From Saccostrea echinata (taxonomy: Eukaryota): 64,000 nucleotides of DNA. The position numbers were made by a program, and so were the translations under genes. Positions within the stretch are counted from its first letter, which is position 1. The number at the start of each line of letters is the position of its first letter. Under the pieces are notes generated by a model that saw nothing but the letters and a program-made list of their open reading frames with translations, did no database searches and had not been told where the DNA came from. Of the stretch, positions 1 to 12,578 are shown one piece after another. The stretch covers positions 13,640,001 to 13,704,000 of the forward strand of contig NW_026889777.1 of assembly GCF_033153115.1 (NCBI RefSeq). Direction: 5' to 3'.

Positions 1-150
1 CTTCGCCAAACTGTTTTAACACACAGCACTAGAAGTGAAAGTCATGGGTCTTTCGGTTGAGATTTTAAAAAACCGATCGCAAGGCCCCGTGTCACGGTAG
101 GCATTGGCACGATAAAGAACACTCACTGCTCAATGGCCCTGAGTATAGCA
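1..150 (+). mobile_element. tRNA-derived SINE, body fragment (bivalve type)
   Basis: GGCCCCGTGTCACGGTAGGCATTGGCACGATAAAGAACACTCACTGCTCAATGGCC recurs, diverged, at ~8370-8430, ~24750-24800 and inverted at ~47447-47500. Confidence 0.7.
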
Positions 151-501
151 TGTCAAACGTTGCAATATATTATCTTTTCCATTTGTATTGTATAATTTTC
201 CATTTGTATTGTATAATTTTCCATTTGTACTGTAAAATTTTATATTTGTATTCTATAATTTTTCATTTGCATCGTAAAATTTTATATCTGTATTCTATAA
301 TTTTTCATTTGCATTGTACAATTTTTATTCGTATTCTATATTTTTTCATTTATATTGTAATTTTTTTTATTTGTATTCTATAATTCTCCATTTGTATTGT
401 ATAAGTTTTATTTGTATTGTACATGTATATTTTTTTATTTGTATTGTATTTGTTTGTATCCTATAATTTTCCATTTGTATTGTATGTTTTTTATTTATAT
501 T

Positions 502-2840
502 GCTTCTGCTTCTGCCAAGTATTGCCCACAATCAATAAGCTGATTATTATGGCAAATGTGGTGCGCATGATATGATCAAATTAAAACTTTAAAAGGTTAA
601 AAGATTAAAATGATATTTCTTATTTATGGCTGGAAGGCGATCACCTGAGACCTGAAGGTCTCAGGTGTATTCGCCGAGACTATCCCTGATGGTAGTTTAT
701 TCCACTCTTGGATGGTACGAGGGAAATAGGAATACTTTTGATAATCGCTCTTACAAGATGGTATTTGGTAGGCTTTATGATGAGTATGTCGTGATCGACG
801 TAATGATGGAATGAGTCGATGGCACTTGGTGATGGCAACTTCGTCATGAACAATTTTATAAAATAGGACGAGTCTGGATATTCGCCTACGTTCTTCAAGT
901 GACTGCCATTGTAAGTGTTGAATCATGCTGTCTACACTCGATCTGTTGCCATGCCTGTTGCTTACGTATCTTGCAGCACGTCGTTGTACCATTTCTAGGT
1001 TATGGATATCTTTTTGGGAGTAGGGATCCCAGACAGGTGCCGCGTACTCCAACAGGGGTCTGACTAACGATTTGTATGTGCTCTCCTTTATTGAAGTTGA
1101 GCTGATGTTCAAGTTACGACGGAGGAATCCCAAGGTCTTATTTCCTTTACCACAGATGTTATTTATGTGGTCACTCCATTTCAGGTCAGATGTTATTAGA
1201 CAGCCAAGGTATTTCGCCCTCTTTACGTGCTCAAGAGTATGGCCATGTAGCCTATATTGATGATGTATCGGGTTGGACTTCCTGCTGACCGATAGTACAT
1301 TACACTTGTCTGGGTGGAATTCCATTTTCCACCTCCTTTCCCACATGCCCAATTTATCTAGGTCGGCCTGGAGTGTCTGGGTATCCAATTCTGATGTGAC
1401 AGTAAGATAAGCAATAGTGTCATCAGCAAATAGTCTTACTGTGGCATTGAGGCCTTCTGGCATGTCATTTATGTAGAAAAGGAATAAGCATGACCCAAGG
1501 ACTGATCCTTGGGGCACGCCAGACTCGACACTAACATAGCTGGACATCTCTCCATCAACAACTACGGCTTGTGTTCTGTTAAAGAGGAAGCTAGAAATCC
1601 AGTTGTTCACGTTGCCCTGGATCCCATAATGTCGGAGTTTATGGATGAAGAGGCTATGGCTAACTTTATCAAAAGCCTTAGAAAAATCCATAATCAATAC
1701 ATCTGTCTGCTTTCCGGCAGCCATGTGGGTGGTTATGTCATCTATAAACTCAATGAGTTTGGTTTCACAGGATCTTTTGCTACGGAAACCATGCTGGAGT
1801 GGGTACAGTATGTTGTTAAGGTCAGCATGCTGCATGATATGGCTGGTGACAATGTGTTCCATAAGCTTGCAGCAGATACATGTAAGGGAAATGGGTCGAT
1901 AGTTCTCGTCCTTGTATCTGTCACCCTTCTTGAAAATCGGACTGACATGTGCTTTACGCCACTCAGATGGAACCTCTCCACTTTGTAGAGATTTCCTGAA
2001 GATGATGGTGAGGATGGGGGATACACTGTCAGCCAACTCCTTCAGCACTCTTGGTTTAATCCCATCTGGACCCGCTGCTTTATATGGATTCATATTTTTC
2101 ATTAGTCTTAGAATTCCATTATGGGTGATGTGCAGATCTGGAGCAACTGGGTACTTTCCACTCATAGGACAGTCGCGCATGAATTCTTCAGTACTGATTT
2201 GCGTCTTCTCTGAGAATACCGACTGGAACTGTTTGTTCAGAACATCTGCCTGGTCAATGGGATTGGCATGTAGCACTCCTTCACTGCGTATCAGTGAAAT
2301 TCCATTGTTGTCAGTTCTTTGATGTTTTATATACGTCCAAAAGCGTTTTAGGCCACTATATTGGTCATTTTCTACTTTATGTGTTACTATTCCCTCGATG
2401 TAGTTCCAGTATGCTCTTCTTAACCCTCTTTGTACCTTCCCCTTAATTTCTTTGAAGTGTTCTTTATCTCTGTTATCTCCAGATTTCTTCTTCTTTTTGT
2501 ATAGTCTATTTCTCTTATGGATGAGTTTCTTGAGTTCTGGTGTTATCCATGGTAGACCATCTTTAGTTCTGGCATCTTTATGTGGTATATTTTGTTTTAT
2601 ACTTTTTTCCAGGTTGGTTTTAACGCACTCCCACATTTCATCTACACTATGATTATCATCATCCATCATTGTTATTGTGTTGAGAGTTGATGTCATATCT
2701 TCTTTCATTGAATCCCAGCTGGCTTTGTGATATAAGGGGATTCTTCGTGGCTTTTGGGGTTTCTTTAAGATGTTGGTATCTATTTCAGCAAAGACAATGT
2801 CATGGTCCAAGATGCCTAGAATGGTTTCTACTCTGTTAAA
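502..2840 (-). mobile_element. Non-LTR retrotransposon (LINE; RTE-X/CR1-group-like), 5'-truncated
   Basis: RT ORF, ~110-nt 3' UTR and (GCAGAA)n tail at 502-514. The 5' end breaks inside the last APE motif (GILDHDIV). Confidence 0.9.
624..2810 (-). CDS. LINE ORF2 reverse transcriptase, uninterrupted 728 aa, endonuclease mostly deleted
   Basis: Motifs KAAGPDGI, NYRPISLT, QHGFR, DFSKAFDKV, GVPQGSVLG, FADD, KYLG and C-terminal FPRTIQEWNKLP. Confidence 0.93.
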   Translation of the reverse strand: MDHDIVFAEIDTNILKKPQKPRRIPLYHKASWDSMKEDMTSTLNTITMMDDDNHSVDEMWECVKTNLEKSIKQNIPHKDARTKDGLPWITPELKKLIHKRNRLYKKKKKSGDNRDKEHFKEIKGKVQRGLRRAYWNYIEGIVTHKVENDQYSGLKRFWTYIKHQRTDNNGISLIRSEGVLHANPIDQADVLNKQFQSVFSEKTQISTEEFMRDCPMSGKYPVAPDLHITHNGILRLMKNMNPYKAAGPDGIKPRVLKELADSVSPILTIIFRKSLQSGEVPSEWRKAHVSPIFKKGDRYKDENYRPISLTCICCKLMEHIVTSHIMQHADLNNILYPLQHGFRSKRSCETKLIEFIDDITTHMAAGKQTDVLIMDFSKAFDKVSHSLFIHKLRHYGIQGNVNNWISSFLFNRTQAVVVDGEMSSYVSVESGVPQGSVLGSCLFLFYINDMPEGLNATVRLFADDTIAYLTVTSELDTQTLQADLDKLGMWERRWKMEFHPDKCNVLSVSRKSNPIHHQYRLHGHTLEHVKRAKYLGCLITSDLKWSDHINNICGKGNKTLGFLRRNLNISSTSIKESTYKSLVRPLLEYAAPVWDPYSQKDIHNLEMVQRRAARYVSNRHGNRSSVDSMIQHLQWQSLEERRRISRLVLFYKIVHDEVAITKCHRLIPSLRRSRHTHHKAYQIPSCKSDYQKYSYFPRTIQEWNKLPSGIVSANTPETFRSQVIAFQP

Positions 2841-3165
2841 TTGTATTGTATAATATATATAATATAATATATTGTATAATATTTATATGTATTCTATAAT
2901 TTTCGATTTGTATTCTAAAATTTTCCATTTTTATTGTATAATCTTCCTTTTTGTGTATAATTTTCAATTTGTATTGTATACTTTTCCATTTGTATTGTTA
3001 AATTATACAATACAAATGAAAATTTATAGAATACAAATGGTAAATTATACAATACAAATGGAAAATTTGGACCTCTCGATCCTTGCAACAGATAAAGGCA
3101 TGCACTGCAAGTATCAATGTTAGCTCTTTTGTCTCATTTTTCCAGTAAAAATGGTTGCTCGTTTA

Positions 3166-3567
3166 TTAAAGGACACATAACACGTCAAACAAACTTAATG
3201 CATGGATTGATATATTTTTTAAAACTGATTTTGAATAGAAATGAAAGAAATAATAAATCCCCTAAATATAAAGAAATCATAAGTTTTCTTTGGTGCTCTG
3301 ATATGCGACTGACTTTGTGTGGTTTTCTATATTCTACAAAACACTTTGCACCCACTTTTAACACAGAATTTTCCCACTTTACTTGGCAAACATTATTCGG
3401 GTTATCTATTTTATTATAAATCTATCAGAAATATTGCTGATTTCTGGGAAAAAAAGTTTGTTTTATTTATCTTTAATTGAAAATTATTTTCTTCTGTTTC
3501 AAAGCACGTTCAAGTTTTCGCTTTATTTGCGTAGAAAGAGAAGTAACTCAGGATTCTATATCCTTTA
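3166..3567. mobile_element. TTAA-flanked non-autonomous DNA transposon (Kolobok-like MITE), same family as 23265-24667
   Basis: TTAAAGG...CCTTTAA ends. Internal sequence aligns with 23265-23303 joined to 24382-24650. Confidence 0.6.
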
Positions 3568-5599
3568 AAAATGACTTTTTTTTTCTTTAAAAAATGTGTT
3601 CTGCCAACAACAGCTAGAGATTTTTTAAAAAGTAGTGTTTATTACTGTGTACTACATGTTCAGAAGTAAAATTCTATAAGTGACATTTTTCAAGAAGTAC
3701 CCCTGCGTGACTTCCAGGACAGACACGAGATATTAATAAAACTGTAGCACCAAAACTGGCAGACGAAATACATTCAGTTGTGTTGTTTATCATTTGGTAA
3801 GAAAAACAGTCGTAGCATTCTGTATACAAGTACACCGCCTTTTTTCTTCCAGAAACTGAAACTTAAACCGATAGTCAATTCAGGTATTTCATTTTTATTA
3901 ATTGCATTCTATGCCATGTATGATAGGAAATATACATGTGTAATAACCAGTCATGAGTGATATGCAATACAATAACTTTTTGGTTAGTAAGAGTTCATAA
4001 AAAGCCTCAAAAATTTAAAGTTACTGGCAAGATGTACATGTACAGCTAAATTCACTAGGGAGGGCCTCACAAACCAGCAGATTATGAATTTCAAGTAGAT
4101 ACAGATACGTAAAATAAATATTAACAAAGCTTCTTTGTACATTATTTAACAGAAAACGTGTACAGGAAATATATTAACACTTCAAATATGGCACAATGCA
4201 AAATTTAACATTATTCCTGAAAGACAAATGACCTTAAATGGGTTCATTACAATGAGGAATCGAAAAAGCTGATAGAACAAGAGCTTTCCTTAATAAGACT
4301 ATTAACACCCCCTCCCCCTGGGGTACACTCTAAACATCGCACGCTTGGAACTTTTATATTGTGAATCCATACGAGACTGATTTGGATTCATGAGAAACTC
4401 GATCATACACAAATTTTGTCAAAATGATCTGTTAATTATACTCATTTCCAAAATCAGGTAACATTTTTAGTAACCGTTACACAACAACAAGACCGATCAA
4501 TTTCTGCTAATGAAGACTATAAAGTTTGCAATAAAATCTGCAATTTTTAAATTAGTGTAATTCAATCAATTTTCAAAGTATTTGTCCATATGTATTCTAG
4601 GACGGTACAGACAGAACAAAAAATACCCTGCGATCCTCCATCTCTAGGGGCAAAAAGTTTTAAAAGTATTGTATACAGGATATTTTCGACACTTTTTCCT
4701 TCTATGCAAGTGGACGAATTTAAAATAGGGCGAATGCAAACACGACAGCATTATCCCTTTAACATAATCTGGACATAATTAAAATGGCACAAACTTGATT
4801 CAGGTGTGAAAAGACAAAAAAATACACGGGGCGAAAATAACCCTGTATACAATACTAATCGGCTTAATATACATGTTTCTGTTTAGGAGTATATAGGTTC
4901 TCAACAACAGCTAAAGATAATGCTTCAAAAAATGAATGACCGTGGTCTCAGGCGCATTGCGTTTACATTATATTATTTTCTTACGTCTAATTTGTTTTAT
5001 ATACTTACATTTCAAACAATTAACATTCCTTCAAATGCTTTACATTTATGAAATGTAAAAAAAAAAAATAAAAACGGGATAAAGTGAGGCAAAAATCAAT
5101 ATTAAATGATAAATAAAAATCATATAAAAAAACAAAGTATTCAAGGAAAACATAATATTAATATAAATATTAATGTTTGATAAAATATAAATAAATGTGT
5201 ATTTGATATAAATGTATAACATTTCAAAAGCTAACAATATTGTGTTCTAAGAGTATTTAAGAATATTTGTAAATAAAATTCTATGAAGTATAGCATTACA
5301 CCTTGTAACAAATAGACTATTATACAAGTGCTGAATAATACTCTGTCAATTTCCCAAATTAAGCCTACATCCAAATAAATATACACAAGTACACATTTAC
5401 TGCGAATAAAAAAAACCGCATCAACTTTTTTCTTATGCATATCCAAGTGTTCATTGTGACCAGTGGTTGTTCTTGCTAAATTTCAATGATTTCATCTTTT
5501 ATAAATGTGTATTTTGCATCTGTTGATGATGTTTTCAATTTACATACATTTGAGAATTCAACAGTAATTTATTAACTAAAAAAAAAAACATACATGCCC

Positions 5600-6223
5600 T
5601 TGTTTCACACAGACTAATACACCAAAAGAAGTTATAAGTGAGTGATGGAGTTACTGAGTTCCGGATTCACACAAAGGTGCATATACATGTACCCAAAGAA
5701 TTGAATGGAGCTACTGAAATCAGCTGATTTCACAGAGGATACCAGAAGAAGTTAAAGGTCACAGTGATGGCGTTATTGAGTTCTGATTTCACAGAGACTA
5801 ATTCAAGGTGCATACTCCACAAGTGGATACCAGAAGAAGTTAAAGGTCACAGTGATGGCATTATTGAGTTCTGATTTCACAGAGACTAATTCAAGGTGCA
5901 TACTCCACAAGTGGATACCAAAAGAAGTTAAAGGTCACAGTGATGGCGTTACTGAGTTCTGATTTCACAGAGACTAATTCAAGGTGCATAAACCACAAGA
6001 GGATACCAGAAGAAGTTAAATGTCACAGTGATGGCGTTATCGAGTTCTGATTTCACAGAGACAAATTTACGGTGCATACTCCACAAGTGGATACCAGAAG
6101 AAGTTAAATGTCACAGTGATGGCGTTATTGAGTTCTGATTTCACAGAGACTAATTTAAGGTGCATACTCCACTAGAGGATACCAGAAGAAATTAAAGGTC
6201 ACAGTGATGGCATTATTGAGTTC
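5600..6223 (-). repeat. 88-bp tandem array copying the last 22 codons, stop and 19 nt of 3' UTR of WFS1
   Basis: ATACCA(G/A)AAGAA at 5739, 5827, 5915, 6003, 6091 and 6179 (period 88). Degenerate copies at 5600-5730. Confidence 0.95.
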
Positions 6224-9200
6224 CCTTTTTACCATCTCCTCTACGCTCTCCTCTTCCAGATCCATCATCAGGTCTAGCGGCCTGCTGGTACATGTAATGT
6301 GTCTCAGTGCCAGTTTTGGGTTCCTTGTGCCAAGATCTTTTATCAGTGTACCAGTAAACTCTACTTTGTCGTTAGTTTGCAAAGCTGACAATGTCTCTCT
6401 GAAACTGTGACCTGCATCTAGTTCTGCTGTTACATAATCTGGCATTGTAATGTAAACTTCAAATGTGTACGTGTCCAGATTCCTCAGATGACATTCGTGA
6501 CCTAGATCATCCATGGTTCTACACAGTTTGTGCTCTGATTCTGTTTTATTCACATCGTCACAATCTCCAAACCTTTGTCCATATAAACAACGAATTTCGT
6601 TTGCAATAAAAACAGGAAATGCACTCAGGAGCGGCTCAATGTTATTTGTTACACTCTTAATTTCAGCACGTGCAAATTCCCCATTCCATGTAACTTTTTG
6701 TCCTTGAAGGTGTAGACATTTAAAGCTTTTATCAAGCTCATTGTCTCCACAAAAATCCATATATTCTGAAAAAGACATATTAAATGGTTTTGGGCTTTTT
6801 GTTGTAGGTAATCGGATAAAAATTAGCGGGAGGATTGCCAAAACACCAAATACAACCATTATGGCAATCTTCACAGGTTTCATTTTGCTTTCTAACTTCT
6901 TTCCAACAAAGACTTTTGTCTGGGTCATCAACAAAGGTACTGCAGCAAAGATCAAAGTGATCAGAAGCTTTCCAAATATCTGTGTATGGAGGAGACTGTA
7001 AAACATATAGATGATGCCTCCAGCAATTAGCAACAAAGCAAGGGGGATCAGAAATGGCAAGAGGAAATAGCCCAGTGTGGCTCTTATCAAGCCTTTCCAA
7101 GAAGAAAATGGAAAGAAACTTAACATGAGGTTGAACCAGAAATAACAGACAAGGTGTGGAACAAGAACTCTGTACACACCTTTCCAGGACTTCTGTGCTG
7201 CCATTACTACAAAGATAAGAGGGATCAACAGAAAAGCAATGGATGGGATTCCAAAATGGATCTTAAACCCTGATCCACAATCTATAGTAAATATTGCATC
7301 TGTAAAAATATGAAGTAGTGTTGTGAAAACTGGTATTTGTGGAAAATGATGAAAGAAAGTTGGTAAGGCAGACAGGAGATTGCAAAAAAGAGACAACAAT
7401 GTCAGTAAATCATAATGATCACTAAGGGCAACAAAGCACACGGCTGAGAGGGCTCCGCAAAGAACACAGATTTCAGAACAAGGGACGTAACTCTTGTTTG
7501 CAAGTGAAAAACTGACCACCATTAAAGGTAGAGCACCAAAAAAGACTAGATACGGTGTCAAAGAGTTCCATGTGAACTGAGACTTTGTCTGCTCTACGTC
7601 AACTCCAACGTCGTATGTCTTAAGCACATCAGCAAGCTTGCTTGCTTCCTTCAGTTTCCTCTTCTTGTAGAACATCTGTAGTGTTGTGACCCCCATGACT
7701 CCCAGGGTGAGGTAGAATATGACAAGGGGGACAACCTGGAAGATGAGGGCAGCACTGATGAAGCTGTAGAGGAAGAAGACTGAGAGGAGGTAAATCTGAT
7801 TGGTGGGAATCATCTTCATCACAAAGTCCAGGCCTTCTTTGGAGACATACTCTAACCCAGTCTCATACAGGGCAACTGCTGTCTCTTTTGGATATCTGGT
7901 TACCTAAAGAGAGGGAAAAAACCTTCAATATAAAGCTGAAAAATATATCTTGAGATGTTAACTTATACATGTATACTTGAATTTAGTTTAACTATTCTTG
8001 TTAAAAAATAAGTTTCATCCACCTAGAATTAAAAGGAACAGAACCATTATCAAATGAGTAAACCAATTATATGTGTAACCCTAAGTCATAATGAGTAAAT
8101 GATAATGCCTTATTGATATTACAGGTTCAGTAAGAGAGAGCAGGTCCCCAGCAGTAACTACATGTACCTCTTACATCATACAGATCACTGTCACCTGACC
8201 ATACGACTGAGAATTAGTGAGACTCTTAAAATATCATAGCACTAAGTTGCAAATGTGCTAGTGTGGTTAGAATGTTCTAGAATCACGGAGTAAGGAGTCG
8301 ATTCTCACATCAAGGGTTTGCATCCATTGCAGGACGTGGAGCTCAGTCCTTAATATGAGACTGTATGAACCAACATCCCATGCTGCAGTGTATGTTAGCA
8401 CAAATAAAGACCTCTCACTGCTAAATAGCAATAAGTGCCTAGTTTAGGTAGACCTACATTTTCACCCTCCTCCAACAACTGGTGGCAGAATAACAGCCAG
8501 ATATAAAAATATAGGAAAAAACCAAGGTCTTGATCCCTTCCCATTAACAAGAGGCCTTTGTGTAAACAGCTCTGAGCAATATTTATTCTATATTACAGTT
8601 ACTTTTGTTTTATGTAATATGTATCTTGAGCATACCTTTTCATACAGACCAGCATGCTTGTACTCAACTGAGCCTTCACCCATTTCATCAGGAGATAGAG
8701 TTATCTGCCCTTGAATCTTCTTTGACAGGACTTTGACAAATTCTGTTTCACTGATCGTATCACCAATTTTCTTCCCTGAAAAAGAAAGTTTTAATAAATT
8801 TTTAATGTACCATGTTAATTGATTAATTGATCATCTTAATTTTCCTATCCTGATACTCTGAGGTGCAAAATTCTAGTTACAACATAAAACTGTATGTATA
8901 TAGACATTGGTAAGGTTGCAAATAACCACTCGTTAATGCACCAATGGGAGTACATGTTATTTTTTCTTTGTCTGACAAACTCTTGAGAATTTATCGCCCA
9001 CATGGCGAGTTAAGATTTATCAGAATTTTTTTCAGTACCCAACCTTGTTTTGTCTCTACTTTAAAACACACTTTGATTTTCATTATTTTCTACCTATTGA
9101 ATATTTTCATGCCAACATTATAAGAGGTCTTGAAGTGAAAGAAAATGTGGAATTTTATATAAAGGGTGTCAAAATCAACAGAAAAAGAACTGATGTTTTT

Positions 9201-12061
9201 TAAATGTTATCTGCAACCCTGATTAGTTAGGTAAAGATAAAGTGACTTGCATATGAAATAATTAAGTTGGATGCATTTAATAGGTTTAAAAGAAATTAGG
9301 CTTGGATTTTTTTTTTTAGCTTTAATGCAAAACTACATGTAAGGATGAAAATCTGCATAACCATGATCTTTGGAAATAAAGTCTATAAACAGAAGATTAG
9401 TGTGTATATCGCACTTTCTATTAATATATACTTGTCTGGTATAAGAAAAGGAAACATAAAGAGAACAGAGTAGATAGATTAGATGTTGCTGAAATATTAA
9501 TTGTAAAGTTAAAATAACCTTTGTTGGTTCAAGTTCGTATTATTATCAAAAATTGAAATAAAGTGTAGCAGTGCCTGCATTTTTATCTGGGTGCACATTA
9601 TTCTTGTTCTACATTTTCATGTGCTCCTGGTCCTACATGTACAAACTCAGTCTGCATTAGAGGAGAAGATACAAAATATATCATAGTGGTTTGGGGAGTT
9701 CATGCAGTGATACATGTGTATATCTTTGTTTTACATGATCTCTGAACATGTACCTGCTGCCAGGAGCAGTTTCTCCTCCAGTTTATCACCCCCTGCAAGC
9801 TTTTTCACAGATTCTATGTAATCAGCACGAGACAGAACTTCCCTCTGAGTGCCGTTTATGGCTCGGAACATATTTTTGGCAGCTCGACGAATCTTTTTCT
9901 CAACATCTGAGGTCTCGAGGCACCAGTCAATTACCTCTCTGTTGGAATCATCCACACCTGGAATCAGTTCAGTCTTATATTACTTCAATGAAAATTTAAG
10001 CAAGTAGTTAAACCTGATTTAAGTGACTTATCAATGGAAATTCTTAAATGGTCTCATAAGTCAGGTAGACTTATACAGGTAAAGCAAAGAAATCATATTC
10101 TAGCAATTTTCGTAGAAGATGCATAAATACTACATAGTAATATATGTACTTGTTTGTTTTCGATGTGTTTTACACTATTATGACTGTCACAGGTTTAGGT
10201 TAAAAACGCTCAGGAAAATAATAAGCTCAAAAAGGAAAAACAAACCAATATAATGACAATCAGAAAAAAAAAACGAAAGGATTTTATGCAAAAATGTATA
10301 CAAGTTTTATACACTTCTTGTCAAAACCATTTCAAAGTTTATCTTTATTTTATGCTTTTAATTTGCTTTTTTTTTTTTATTTTTGGATAAATTTGCTTCT
10401 TTACAAATTGCATTCAAACCTCATTATCTAGAACTCAATGGGACTGAGAACAAACTTCGAGATATCCGAGGATTCGAGATATCCAGGGTAAGGGACTTCA
10501 AATTCACTTTGACATACACAGGGTATTCAAAATACCGAAGTTCAACTGTATCTACATTGTCACATTTATTTATGTTCATTAAGCCTATACAAACTAATAT
10601 AGTATGAATTTATATGGTTTCTGCATTTTACTTCTCTAAATTCAATGAAATTTTCAAAAATTGTCAATTTAGGGGACATGGAAATTCAATGAATTATTTC
10701 TTAAAGCGATATATATATCAGACAGTAATTTAAAATTTCATACAGGAATAGATTTTTCATAATGATCTCTGAAACATGTTTATATAATGTGCCAGCTATT
10801 ATACTCACATATTTTTCATCTCCTATATGTATGGTTATCCACCAGAAATCACAGTTCATATACATATTGGGAAAATAACTTGAATATCTCTTATCTTTCA
10901 TGTTTATGAATACACCATTGTGGAGTGTATTGTGGACCATATTGACATTTGTATGAAATCATTATTACAGTACCAAGGAAAATATGAATGCAAACTTTAA
11001 CACCTAAAAACTTATGTCTCAATCTATATGGTATAATACTTTATAACACAAAAATTATCCTTTTCGCCTATTTATACCTGTTTTAGTTTGGAGACATTTG
11101 TTCAAGAGTTCATCTGCTTTCTCATTTCCTTGTTTGGAAGCCTCAATAAGCCAAGTGACAGCTACTTTCCCGTACTTTTGTCGATCTTCCTCAGAACCTG
11201 AGTCTGCAAGCTTTAGATAGTGCTCGCCTAACCGAACCTGACTCGCTTCATCCCCGTCCGATGCCAGCTTCTCCCACTTCTGAATGTTTTCCACACTCCC
11301 TAAAACAATGCAAGGTGAATAATTTTAGATGCATGTAATACATGTGCATGCAACAAGGAATATTTTGCATTGAGGTAACACTCCTCCTAAAAAAGGACAA
11401 ATTTTATGATTTAATGGACTTCATTCCAATTAATCCGAGATTCCTCTGGCTCTAACCCCTGCTTTTATATTTTGACATGTGCACATGCCCCTGCACATGT
11501 CAAAATATAAAAGCAGGGGTTAGAGTCAGGGGAATCTCGGATTACATTCCAGTCATCCTTAAATGTCAAACACTACTCAGTTTTTTGTTTTTTGTTGTTG
11601 TTTTTTTTTTCAACTTTCTAGTCATTGTCAATGTAATCTACGTTTCTTTTCCTTGGAAATTTGTAAACCAAAACTTTTTTAGGTTCGTGATTTGAATGCA
11701 GGATGTTACCTGAGGGATACATCTTTTGCTAAAGTTTCAAAAGCAGCAATGTTTAAATTATCTCTACTCTGGGTTTCTTCCTAGTATATCTAAAGAAAGC
11801 TACTTCAATTAGCTAAATAGAGCTACAGTATGTAATTCAAGGTACTGATTCTACTGAACCTGCTAATTTAGGGACCCCATTCACTGATTTAGGACCCTCC
11901 ACAAACAGGGAATCTTAAGTTTGCTGCCAAAGCATGCAAAGGCACGGGCAATGAGTACGTCATTTTTTCATATGCATGATTTATTATGATTGTCAGAATA
12001 GCCAGTGCAAGTAAGGCTTTTAAAAGTTTATTATCTTACCTGATGAATCGCCTTCCGCCAT
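6155..12061 (-). CDS. WFS1: Wolframin (ER membrane glycoprotein), ~778 aa. Exons 12040-12061, 11078-11299, 9754-9957, 8636-8775, 6155-7903
   Basis: All introns GT-AG with matching phases (1,1,1,0). Sel1-like N-terminus (QVRLGEHYLK...AVTWLIEASKQG), IPTNQI, multi-TM region with HLVCYFW, Cys-rich and OB-like luminal domain (CLHLQGQKVTWNG, RCLYG), long last exon. Confidence 0.92.
8257..8520 (+). mobile_element. Degenerate tRNA-SINE in WFS1 intron 4
   Basis: A-box-like TAGTGTGGTTAG, B-box-like GAGTCGATTC and body TAAAGACCTCTCACTGCT shared with the other copies. Confidence 0.5.
11431..11544. mobile_element. 114-bp hairpin MITE with 9-bp TSD
   Basis: 53-bp near-perfect arms TAATCCGAG.../...CTCGGATTA, flanked by CATTCCAAT and CATTCCAGT. 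Confidence 0.8.
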
Positions 12062-12079
12062 TTTTGCTTTTTTTTTGTG

Positions 12080-12119
12080 ATCACATGACTTTAAAGTATA
12101 CTTTTTTCATCACGTGACT
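12080..12119 (-). promoter_or_regulatory. Paired extended E-boxes (AGTCATGTGAT, AGTCACGTGAT) just upstream of the WFS1 ATG
   Basis: ATCACATGACT at 12080-12090 and ATCACGTGACT at 12109-12119 match the USF/MiT-TFE consensus GTCAYGTGA. Confidence 0.45.
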
Positions 12120-12485
12120 GCTGTGAAGGCATGGATCCAAAAAAAGGAAAGTACATTAAAAAAATCCAAACAAACAAAGCAGAGAAATGTAAAAATAAAA
12201 ACAAGATTAGCTTTTTTTTATACAAGTAATATCAATTTTGTTTAATTGTTTGTTTTGGGCTTCCTCCTCTCAGATTCATAATGGATCCGCCACTTGATGA
12301 TCAATAAATCGTCAGTCTTTCAGTGATAATAAAAATAGAAACAATATCACTAGCCATTCGGAACACTACTGTTCTTTACTCACAGTAAGAAAGGAAAATC
12401 TTTAATTTAAAGGGTCACGAACGATCGATAACGTAAGGGAATTCCACAAATTACTGACAAGCAAGAACAGGCAATTTACAAAGTC

Positions 12486-12578
12486 TATATATATATATAC
12501 ATACATACACCGGCCGACGATCAGTCAATTACCTGTATCAGCAGTGGCATTTACATTCTGTTATCATTGCTTAGCAAG
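12486..12578 (+). promoter_or_regulatory. Probable PARP3 core promoter and non-coding exon 1
   Basis: TATATATA at 12486-12499, Inr-like TCAGTC at 12521, consensus donor AAG|GTAAGT at 12579. The PARP3 ATG exon begins with an acceptor at 14182. Confidence 0.55.

Larger units (their letters stand above)
159..3089. repeat. Foldback-like element with GTTGCAA/TTGCAAC ends and internal 21-bp tandem repeats (TTTTCCATTTGTATTGTATAA), split by a LINE
   Basis: 21-bp units at ~170-500 and ~2840-3000, inverted units at ~3000-3065, terminal inverted heptamers at 159-165 and 3083-3089. Confidence 0.6.

Noticed and set aside
150-383. 77-aa ORF with IIFHLY repeats (also 2872-3123)
   Set aside because: Translation of the 21-bp satellite
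1072-2652. Several + strand ORFs of 62-159 aa
   Set aside because: Antisense shadows of the LINE RT frame
5600-6223. 88-bp and 42-bp arrays as CRISPR-like loci
   Set aside because: No unique spacers, no cas genes, eukaryotic context, and the units are copies of adjacent exons
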